The position numbers were made by a program, and so were the translations under genes. This document shows, piece by piece, positions 37,905-45,854 of a DNA stretch of 47,597 nt. The stretch is from positions 1 to 47,597 of the IMG/VR virus record IMGVR_UViG_3300016662_000096. One strand, 5' to 3'. The notes beneath the pieces were generated by a model. The model ran no database searches. It had not been told where the DNA came from and saw only the letters and a program-made list of their open reading frames with translations. The stretch is from a virus (lineage: Duplodnaviria; Caudoviricetes). Within the stretch, counting starts at the first letter, position 1, and the number at the start of each line of letters is the position of its first letter.

Positions 37905-39445
37905 GAATACTTTCTTAATAATTCACTTATCGCATTGCTCATCACCTTGTCCGACCTAACTCCCGCATCCATTCCTCCATTTTCCCTAATGTAAACACAT
38001 AACTTACACAAATAAACCAAATTATCAAAATCAAGACTCGCCCGTAATTTATCGCCAGCCTCACCTGTTAACTTACTCTCCAACTCTTCTGGCATCGACA
38101 TATTTTTTATCTTGTTGTTAAAAGTTGTCCTAAGAGTCACTTCAGTTTGATTTCTTTCTTCTTCACTAGCGTATTTTCTTCTTAAATGATTTATCTTTGA
38201 AAAACCATAACTAATAGCACAAAATATATCAAATGCTATAGCTTTTTCAATTTGTATTTGCCTTCCTAAATGATATACATTTGCCATTCTTCTCATCAAG
38301 CTAAAATTCTGATCTTTATAAGGCAAACTTACGATATGTTTTTTATGATTGTCTATTCCATTTTTAATCGCATCTCCATAAGGTATTGCCTCATTTTTAC
38401 GAAATGTATAAGGAAAATCTGGATTGTTTGGCGTACCACTTTCATGTTTGTGATCATCAAGATTGATTGCATCGTATTTGTTCGCCAAAGCAAGTGTTTG
38501 TATTGAAGAATAACCCATTATTTTTTGGTCAGTACCCGGAATTTTAAGCGTTTCTAAATTGCGAACCGCTTCTTCTTTATTCAGAACATAATGATCTGGA
38601 TGTAATTCACCACCTTTAAATTCGGATAATTTATAAATCAAAAAATAATTTGTCTTAATAAATTCATATACACGATTTGACGCCCAAATAGGATGGTTCA
38701 TATGATCATCTACTCCAATCAATCTGTATGAATATCCTACTTCTGTAAGATTATTTCCGCATTTTTGCATCTTGTCAAGCCTGTTGTTCCTATAATCATC
38801 AAGATTTTTATACACCAATGAATTGCATTTTTTATCTGCTGGAACTTCTTTGGGATTATGTCCTGCGCCGCCGTAACTGTTGTCATAATCATGCTGGTGC
38901 TTTGAACAATACCATCCTTGGTGAAATTTTAAAATCTCCGCCATACACACTAAAACAATCTCGCCCTCACTAAAGTTTTCTTTTTTCGTTTGTACCTCAT
39001 TTCTTACATGGGTCGCAGTTCCCATTGATGTCCCTGTCAAATATGCCCCATATGCATCATAACCAATCTTAATGGTTTTTTCAGGTTCATTTTCAAGAAC
39101 CTTTAACGACTTTTCAATAGTATTAGGTGCCGTAAAGTTATTCTTAACTCTCGCTATAAATACCTTATTGTGCAAATCACCCTCAATCTCTTTTTTGTTC
39201 ACATGGTGATTTATCATCTTGCCATAAAAACGATTGTGCCCGTAATATTTTGACTCAGCCTTCGACAACCATGGCAAATAACGAGGATCATCCCTGTCTA
39301 TCTCATCAAATGTCTTACCCTTGTGCTTCCCTATTTGCATCTTTATATTGCCAGTATCAAACGACTCACATAAACTCTCCATAGCCTCGTAATACTGACT
39401 CTCACTCAGCACCCCAGATAAATACTGAATATATTTCTTTTTCAT
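37901..39445 (-). CDS. Hypothetical protein with GKHKG..F...DP.YL.W (ExoX C-terminal-like) motif
   Basis: ATG 39445 after GGAG. Leader MKKKYIQYLSGVLSE resembles 34963/35583. IGKHKGKTFDEIDRDDPRYLPWL. Confidence 0.7.
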   Translation of the reverse strand: MKKKYIQYLSGVLSESQYYEAMESLCESFDTGNIKMQIGKHKGKTFDEIDRDDPRYLPWLSKAESKYYGHNRFYGKMINHHVNKKEIEGDLHNKVFIARVKNNFTAPNTIEKSLKVLENEPEKTIKIGYDAYGAYLTGTSMGTATHVRNEVQTKKENFSEGEIVLVCMAEILKFHQGWYCSKHQHDYDNSYGGAGHNPKEVPADKKCNSLVYKNLDDYRNNRLDKMQKCGNNLTEVGYSYRLIGVDDHMNHPIWASNRVYEFIKTNYFLIYKLSEFKGGELHPDHYVLNKEEAVRNLETLKIPGTDQKIMGYSSIQTLALANKYDAINLDDHKHESGTPNNPDFPYTFRKNEAIPYGDAIKNGIDNHKKHIVSLPYKDQNFSLMRRMANVYHLGRQIQIEKAIAFDIFCAISYGFSKINHLRRKYASEEERNQTEVTLRTTFNNKIKNMSMPEELESKLTGEAGDKLRASLDFDNLVYLCKLCVYIRENGGMDAGVRSDKVMSNAISELLRKYS

Positions 39446-39481
39446 TTTTAACACTCCAATTTCTTATTTTTTATGCCCAAA

Positions 39482-40285
39482 TCAAGAAAACCAAGACCCG
39501 CCTCTTCGCTTGGCAGCAGGAGCAGGAGCAGGAGTAGGAGTAGGAGTAGGAGTAGGAGTAGGAACAGGTGCCGCAACCGGAGCAGCAGCAGGTGTCTCAT
39601 CAGGAGACGAGTAGTAACCACGCTGTCTGCGTCTTCCACTCAATTTCTCGTAGTTTGACTTGGCTTGCGACATTTTTTTGCGCCTCTCCTCCATTTCCGA
39701 TTCCTTGCTTTCCAGTTCTTTATTCCTACCGCTGACATTCATCAAATTCGTGTCATCGAAGTGACCCCTTGCGACCATCTGCATCCCTGTTCTTGTTACG
39801 ATAGTGTCATGATTATTGCCTGCTAACACATATCCCTCATCCGAACCCTTGTTCAACTCCTCCACCGCAATGTCGATAGCCTTGTCCAACACCAGCGTCA
39901 ACTTCCAATTCCTGATCTTCTCCATCCCATGCAAGGTCTTTGAAATTTCTTCCAACTTTTCTCTTACATATTTCAAATTCACCAAATCGGGCTTCTCCTG
40001 CCTTACCATTGCCACTATTCGATTCTTCAGGAAATGGTAAAGATACACAAACTGATCCTTCGTCACTTCAGGCACGGGAGATGATGATTCTGGTTCAACA
40101 TCAAAGCTCAGTAAAACATTCAGTTGCTTACCTCCATCTGTGCGACCCAAGTAATCATCTGGACCACCTTCCGTCCTGCCTTGAAGCCAAACTGTGTAGT
40201 TTCCTAAACGGACTGTTTCAGATGGCAGAATCGCCTCCGCAAGCAACCCAATACGCTTGTAGCTCAAATATTCTAAAAATGTCAT
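39482..40285 (-). CDS. Hypothetical protein with PT/PA low-complexity tail
   Basis: MTFLEYL...LLAE leader; tail PTPTPTPTPTPAPAPAAKRRGGSWFS. Confidence 0.75.
   Translation of the reverse strand: MTFLEYLSYKRIGLLAEAILPSETVRLGNYTVWLQGRTEGGPDDYLGRTDGGKQLNVLLSFDVEPESSSPVPEVTKDQFVYLYHFLKNRIVAMVRQEKPDLVNLKYVREKLEEISKTLHGMEKIRNWKLTLVLDKAIDIAVEELNKGSDEGYVLAGNNHDTIVTRTGMQMVARGHFDDTNLMNVSGRNKELESKESEMEERRKKMSQAKSNYEKLSGRRRQRGYYSSPDETPAAAPVAAPVPTPTPTPTPTPAPAPAAKRRGGSWFS
39513..39563. repeat. Hexamer tandem repeat (GGAGCA/GGAGTA)n encoding PA/PT
   Basis: Directly visible. Confidence 0.9.
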
Positions 40286-40392
40286 GTTGTCTTCCTTATT
40301 TTTTCACTTGTTCCCACAATCACAAATTATTTACATAATAAAACACAAAATTTTACTACATAATTCATCGCTACATCAAAAGAAACCATTAT

Positions 40393-40794
40393 ATGATCAA
40401 ATTTAAACAATGGCTAATAAAAGAATACAATTTCACAAATCCACAAAACCTTAAACAAGACCCAAACTATCTCTATCACGGAACCAATGACCAAAACTTA
40501 TACGATATCGCTCAATCAGGTTTCCTTAATGTATTTGAACCATCCTACGGAACCGACCAAGAAACTTGGCCAGATGGCGAAACAGAAGAAAGAAGCTACT
40601 GGACTCAAAATCCAGCCACCACCCATCTCTTCATCCCTTATGGCAAACCCGTCATCATCCGCACAAAATATATCCCATCCAAATTTCACAAAGAACGCTT
40701 CACAAATGATTTTTACACCACTCAACCTGTCCCAACCGAACAACTAGAAGTACTTGTCAATAACAACTGGATGCCTGTTAATCAAATAAATTGA
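40393..40794 (+). CDS. Possible ADP-ribosyltransferase-fold protein with capsid-targeting-like leader
   Basis: YLYHGT...L..I...G, SYWT, VIIR, FYTTQPVP...L. Confidence 0.5.
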   Translation: MIKFKQWLIKEYNFTNPQNLKQDPNYLYHGTNDQNLYDIAQSGFLNVFEPSYGTDQETWPDGETEERSYWTQNPATTHLFIPYGKPVIIRTKYIPSKFHKERFTNDFYTTQPVPTEQLEVLVNNNWMPVNQIN

Positions 40795-40979
40795 GCCGAA
40801 GAAATCGGATAAGTAAATTATCACAAAAATATACTTAAAACTAAATTTTATTCAAAACCAACCCAATCCCCAAATAATCAATTTAAACCCCGTATAAGTC
40901 AAAATAACCCATCACAAATTGAAATAGATATCACAAACTTAAACATAAATCATTTATTAACCAAAAAACTGGTTAATAA

Positions 40980-41456
40980 TCACATGATTTCATCCTGAAA
41001 ACCTTTTTCAACTGTTGGTATCGAATGCCAAGGACCAAGGTAAAAACTCTTGCCACCATTAAACCACTCAGGACTATCTGTGTAGTATCCAAATTTTCCA
41101 TAAACTGATTTGACTTGACTCAAAGGCGTTATCAACGGATTCTTGTAAGGTCTGTTAATCCCAAACTGCCTCACAGTAAAGTCGATGGCATTTCCATTTA
41201 CCACAGGCATGATGTGTGAATCACCCGTCCCACTCTTTCCCTTAAAATGTGGATTCATCTTCACAAAATCCGCACTAGGCGGCGCTAAATGCAATACCTC
41301 AGCGTTAATTCCATTTCCCTCTGCCCAACGAACAAATGCCCTTGTCACAGTCTTGCAATCATAATTTTCATACTTTTTGCCAATATCACTATCCAAATAC
41401 TGACGCACTATATCCTCTATGACCATATTTTGTTCATTCAAACCAGATAAAACCAA
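40980..41456 (-). CDS. Papain/transglutaminase-like protein (Cys-His-Asp); start unclear
   Basis: NYDCK...SHIM...AIDFTVRQF. In frame with 41508..42026 across one TAG. Confidence 0.6.
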   Translation of the reverse strand: MVLSGLNEQNMVIEDIVRQYLDSDIGKKYENYDCKTVTRAFVRWAEGNGINAEVLHLAPPSADFVKMNPHFKGKSGTGDSHIMPVVNGNAIDFTVRQFGINRPYKNPLITPLSQVKSVYGKFGYYTDSPEWFNGGKSFYLGPWHSIPTVEKGFQDEIM

Positions 41457-41507
41457 CCACTCTTTGAAAACAGGCTCGTCATAAATTTTAGATGATATCT
41501 GCTGCTG

Positions 41508-42026
41508 CTATGGAACTTTCAATTCCCTAATATTAAAATATTTTTTAAAGTCAATTGATTTGTTGTTCATCGCACTCAGCAAAGGAATTGTTTTAGGAAT
41601 AACACCAGCAGACCATACGCTGTCTGGTGTTGCCAACAAAATGTCCTCATATCTAACAATTACGGCGTTTATCTGTGGAATTCCACCTATTTTAAAAGCC
41701 CCAAGCCGATGATTACCATCAATTGCTAAGTATTTATTTTGCAAAATAGGATGCACAATTACGCTGATCGGCTCAAAAGTCTTCCATCTGTCTCCTTGAG
41801 CATCTTTAATCATTTTTTCTACATAACTCTTTTTTTCGGTAGTAAAATACCTGTAGTCCTTGCCCGGCTCATTACCAAGAATGTCTTTTGTATTAAGCGT
41901 GGTTTTTTGACCCGCTAAATTTCTTGCCGGGTCACAGCCTTGAAAATTAGCATATATTATGAATTGTGTTGGCAATATCTGCTCATTTTCCTGCCTACTA
42001 TCTACATATTCAATAAAACTTTTCAT
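41508..42026 (-). CDS. ParB/Sulfiredoxin-like domain protein
   Basis: PISV...YLAIDGNHRLGAF...INAVIV. Leader MKSFIEYV. Confidence 0.7.
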   Translation of the reverse strand: MKSFIEYVDSRQENEQILPTQFIIYANFQGCDPARNLAGQKTTLNTKDILGNEPGKDYRYFTTEKKSYVEKMIKDAQGDRWKTFEPISVIVHPILQNKYLAIDGNHRLGAFKIGGIPQINAVIVRYEDILLATPDSVWSAGVIPKTIPLLSAMNNKSIDFKKYFNIRELKVP

Positions 42027-42094
42027 CTCTTCTCCTCACAAAAAACTTTTGCTTAAATTCACAAACTTTTTGCCACAAAACTGTACATATAAAT

Positions 42095-42739
42095 ATGATC
42101 ACATTTACTCAATTCATAAAACTCAAAGAAGCCCTTTCACTCGATGATCCACTCGCTCAATCTATCTTGAAAGTAGAATTGAAAAGACCCCACGCAATTT
42201 ACTTTCGTTTCACCTTTGATGAAAATAATTATCTAATTAGCATCTATAATTTTCCTACGGATATCGAAATCGCAACAAAACCAATTACAATACAAAACCA
42301 ACAACAAAAAATTTTATTGGATGTGTTTAATTTAATGTCCATAAACCTGAAAAGCGATCAAAAAGGATACTTACTCACAAATAAAATGGGCATGAAAGCC
42401 AACACAATCTATAATATGCTACTAAATGCCATCAAACAAGCTCATGATCACTTCGGCGAAAATAATATAATTGGATATAAATTTTCAGGAGCACAATCTG
42501 AACAAGATATCATGTACGACAGACTTATGAAACGATTCTCTCCAAACCTTATCACATGGTCATCAGAAAACGGAATCTACCTAAAACCTGAAGCAGTCCA
42601 AAAATTAAAAGATCAAAATCCACACATGATAAAAGAAATTAACGACCAGATACATCAAGCAACTTCACAAAAAGAACTGGAAATACAACAAGCTAAACAA
42701 TTCAAACTGCAAAATAGATCACTCGGTTTACAACCATAA
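42095..42739 (+). CDS. Hypothetical protein, tandem paralog A
   Basis: First 23 aa identical to 42792..43418; shared LTNKMGMKAN.IYNMLLNAIKQAHDHFG. Confidence 0.8.
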   Translation: MITFTQFIKLKEALSLDDPLAQSILKVELKRPHAIYFRFTFDENNYLISIYNFPTDIEIATKPITIQNQQQKILLDVFNLMSINLKSDQKGYLLTNKMGMKANTIYNMLLNAIKQAHDHFGENNIIGYKFSGAQSEQDIMYDRLMKRFSPNLITWSSENGIYLKPEAVQKLKDQNPHMIKEINDQIHQATSQKELEIQQAKQFKLQNRSLGLQP

Positions 42740-42791
42740 TCACTTTTGCTTAACTTCACAAACTTTTTGCCAAAAATCCGTACATATAAAT

Positions 42792-43418
42792 ATGATCACA
42801 TTCACTCAATTCATAAAACTTAAAGAAGCTCTTTCACTCGATGATCCACTCGCTCAATCCACCCTGATAATAAGAGATAAATATCCAGAAGAAATATCGT
42901 TTGAATTCAATATGGATAATGATGAATATGAAATCATTGTCTATAAAATTAAATATCCACTAATTCTGAAAATTGAAGTCGAAAATGACCAAATATTAGG
43001 CACAGTTAATCTAATGGAAATATATCTCAAAGTAAATAGATCATTCAGCCTCACAAACAAAATGGGCATGAAAGCTAATATCATCTATAACATGCTACTA
43101 AATGCCATCAAACAAGCTCATGACCATTTCGGTGCAAATAATATACATGGATTTACATTCTTAGGAACAAATTCACAACAAAATTTAATGTACGATAAAC
43201 TCATGAAAAGATTCGCTCCAAATCTCATCACATGGGATTTCACGATTGGAATCTACCTCAAACCTGAAGCAATCCAAAAAATAAAAGACAAAAACCCAGA
43301 CTTCATAGAACAAATCAATAACCAGATACATCAAGCAACTTCACAAAAAGAAATGTTGATACAACAAGCTAAAAAAAATAAAGCACAAAATAGATTGTCA
43401 ATGAGACAACCATCATAA
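42792..43418 (+). CDS. Hypothetical protein, tandem paralog B
   Basis: As above. The upstream 50 bp is also duplicated. Confidence 0.8.
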   Translation: MITFTQFIKLKEALSLDDPLAQSTLIIRDKYPEEISFEFNMDNDEYEIIVYKIKYPLILKIEVENDQILGTVNLMEIYLKVNRSFSLTNKMGMKANIIYNMLLNAIKQAHDHFGANNIHGFTFLGTNSQQNLMYDKLMKRFAPNLITWDFTIGIYLKPEAIQKIKDKNPDFIEQINNQIHQATSQKEMLIQQAKKNKAQNRLSMRQPS

Positions 43419-43548
43419 TCTAAAACTAATTCACATAAAGAATTGTGGATTGTGGTTCAGTTCACAAAATTCTCAAAAGCTTGACAATACAAAAAGAAAA
43501 GTGTAATTGTGTTCCACCAACGGGAATTAGTACCCTAAGAGGAATGCT

Positions 43549-44046
43549 ATGTCTGAACCTTATCTCATGAGCTGGCAAGGAGCCCCTGCTTATCGTTGGG
43601 TCAAAATGCATAATCGCAAAAGATATAGAATCTCTTGCGATGACCTCAATGTTCCAAGAAACAAAGAAAGCTCATACATTGCCGCCAACTACTGGTGGCT
43701 CAAAAAACTTGAGGAATTAGGCCCAAAAACAAGAAAAGGACATAAACCAAAACCAGAACCAGAACCCAAAGTCGAAAATAAAGTCGAAATAATGATTGAA
43801 ATATTGAAAAATAATCAAACATATAGCCAGAAAATGATTGCCCTCATCAGAGAAATCAAAATCCAAAAAGGTTGCTTCATCTGTGGCTATAAAGAACATT
43901 ACGCAGCACTCGATTTTCACCACAGAAACCCCAAAACAAAATCTTTTAACATATCCGAAAACAAAACTGTTGCACTTAATAAACTCCTTGAAGAAATTGA
44001 AAAATGCGATGTCGTATGCGTCAATTGCCACAGGAGAATAAAATGA
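43549..44046 (+). CDS. HNH endonuclease with extra N-terminal domain
   Basis: CFICG...LDFHH.NP..K...EIEKCDVVCVNCHR. Confidence 0.8.
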   Translation: MSEPYLMSWQGAPAYRWVKMHNRKRYRISCDDLNVPRNKESSYIAANYWWLKKLEELGPKTRKGHKPKPEPEPKVENKVEIMIEILKNNQTYSQKMIALIREIKIQKGCFICGYKEHYAALDFHHRNPKTKSFNISENKTVALNKLLEEIEKCDVVCVNCHRRIK

Positions 44047-44477
44047 CCATGACTTGCAGAGTTTGCAAAGAAGCAAAACAAGAAGACCAATTCGCTAAAA
44101 AAACAGTAAGACCTGATGGTTCCATACTAAGAAACACAATATGCAAACCCTGCCAAAGAATAGTATCACAAAAACATTACAACGAAAACAAAAACGACTA
44201 TCTAGCCAAAAATAAAAAAAAGAAAAATGAACTAAGGAAATTCATGAGAGACTACAAAGAAAACTCCCATTGTGAACGATGCGGTCTTTCCGGTAAAGGC
44301 AATCCAGAAAGCATGGACTTCAAATACAAAAAAACAGAAACAAAGAAAGAAAGAATTTCATATCTTACTGGATACAGCAAAAAAATTATTATCGAAGAAA
44401 TTGCCAAATGTCACCTCTACTGCGCTAACTGCCAAAGAATAGTTGACTCAGAAAGAAAATCACAACAAAGACAATGA
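44043..44477 (+). CDS. Zn-ribbon plus degenerate HNH protein
   Basis: ATGA overlap. CRVC, CKPC, CERC, MDFKY (His lost), CANCQR (His lost). Confidence 0.7.
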   Translation: MTMTCRVCKEAKQEDQFAKKTVRPDGSILRNTICKPCQRIVSQKHYNENKNDYLAKNKKKKNELRKFMRDYKENSHCERCGLSGKGNPESMDFKYKKTETKKERISYLTGYSKKIIIEEIAKCHLYCANCQRIVDSERKSQQRQ

Positions 44478-44895
44478 GACAACCATCATAATCTAAAAAC
44501 AAGCATCACAAACTTTTTCTCTAAGATATGAACAGATCAATATTGCTTAAAATTAAACATCACAAATAAAATCAGGCATCAAAACAAAGGGTGTATGCAG
44601 CAGTCTTTCATTGTTTAAAAATTATGTCGTGAATATGGTAAAAACAAGTGAATTGTGGTGCGAATGTATCACAAATTCTTGTTTTGTATGTTTGTAAAAA
44701 AAATTCACGAAAAAATGATAAAAAAATTATTGTTGCTGGATAGTGATTGGAAAATAGGTCACGAATGGGTCTAGCCGCCCTCCCATTTTGCCCCATCCCG
44801 CCCCACTTTAGTCGTTTTTTAAGCCATTTTTTGAACTTTTTCGTGAATTGATCATTTACCACTTCACGAATCTTTTTTTGGAATCTTTTCACAAT

Positions 44896-45491
44896 TTGAT
44901 TGGCATCACAAAGTTTTTTTGAACAAATCGTTTTTTGAACAATTCATTTAACGCATTGAAGAGCTTGTGTGGAGGAAAAGATTTCAAAAGCGTTTATGAA
45001 GTTGTTTGACTGCCTTCACAAAATTTTTTGAACAATTTAAAAAACTCATCACAAAATTTTTTGTACAAAAGTAAATATTGTATGTTTCAATTTATTGTAT
45101 TGAGTTTTGTTGTAATAGTTTGTTCATTGATGTGTTACATTAGTTTTGATAAATCTGTTCATAACAAGTGGTGGTATGTCCCTTTATGTTTAATGTTGGG
45201 AATAGTAAGTAACAGCATGTGGATTTTAAGTACAAAGTATTTTGGAGATGAAAAAAAACTTTATACATTTAGTCTTATATGGGACATTATATATTTTGCC
45301 ATTTATTATTTTCTCCCATTGATTTTTTTTGACATAAAGCTTGAAAAAAATGGATATCTAGGATTGATTTTGATGGTAATTGGAATATTGATTATAAAAT
45401 TAAAATTGTAAAATCATTTACAAATCTGTTTGGATGCCATCACAAACTTTTTTGAACAATTTAAAAAACCCTTCACAAACTTTTTTGTACA
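44896..45491 (+). repeat. About 64-bp imperfect direct repeats rich in TCACAAA and TTTTTGAACAA
   Basis: Copies at about 45003-45067 and 45427-45491, partial copy at 44896-44945. Confidence 0.8.
45082..45411 (+). CDS. Small 4-TM membrane protein (SMR/DMT-like)
   Basis: WDIIYFAIYYFLPLIFFDIKL. Paralog of 23448..23789. Confidence 0.7.
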   Translation: MFQFIVLSFVVIVCSLMCYISFDKSVHNKWWYVPLCLMLGIVSNSMWILSTKYFGDEKKLYTFSLIWDIIYFAIYYFLPLIFFDIKLEKNGYLGLILMVIGILIIKLKL

Positions 45492-45603
45492 TTTGTTTGA
45501 TGATGAGATTGAAAGGTTCGTATGAAATGAATTCAATCAACTCGTCAAAAAATGATTCATGATAGGTTGATGAATCCGCGGCTTGTCCAAATTGCCTAAT
45601 GTG

Positions 45604-45729
45604 TTAGGGTCATTGTACCGAGGTGATCAAGGTACAATGAGGTTAAAAAAATTAGGGTCATTGTACCGAATAGCCTCATTGTACTGACCATCAGTACAAT
45701 AGGGCTAAAATTTAGACTCATTGTACCGA
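45604..45729. repeat. Iteron-like array: six TTAGnnTCATTGTACYGA-type sites in direct and inverted orientation
   Basis: Direct copies at 45604, 45652, 45671, 45712; inverted copies at 45631 and 45691. Confidence 0.85.
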
Positions 45730-45854
45730 CCGCCGATCATATCAATTTATCCAGGTTTATAGATTTTTATATATTGCGAAAATGAATTTGTAAGGTTTTC
45801 TAAAATATGGGTTTGGATTTGCCGAATACAAGGTGGTTGGATGTGGAGGTTTCC

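Larger units (their letters stand above)
43399..44498 (+). mobile_element. Two-HNH cassette bounded by a perfect 27-bp direct repeat
   Basis: CAATGAGACAACCATCATAATCTAAAA at 43399-43425 and 44472-44498. Confidence 0.55.

Noticed and set aside
39448-39658. Poly-Leu and RS-repeat ORFs
   Set aside because: Alternative-frame readings of the hexamer repeat encoding the PT/PA tail of 39482..40285.
44608-44892. 94-aa ORF on - strand
   Set aside because: Lies in repeat-rich putative origin DNA, has low-complexity K/F content and no convincing RBS.
45604-45729. CRISPR array
   Set aside because: Repeats are only about 17 bp, in mixed orientation and irregularly spaced, with no 25-40 bp unique spacers and no cas genes.
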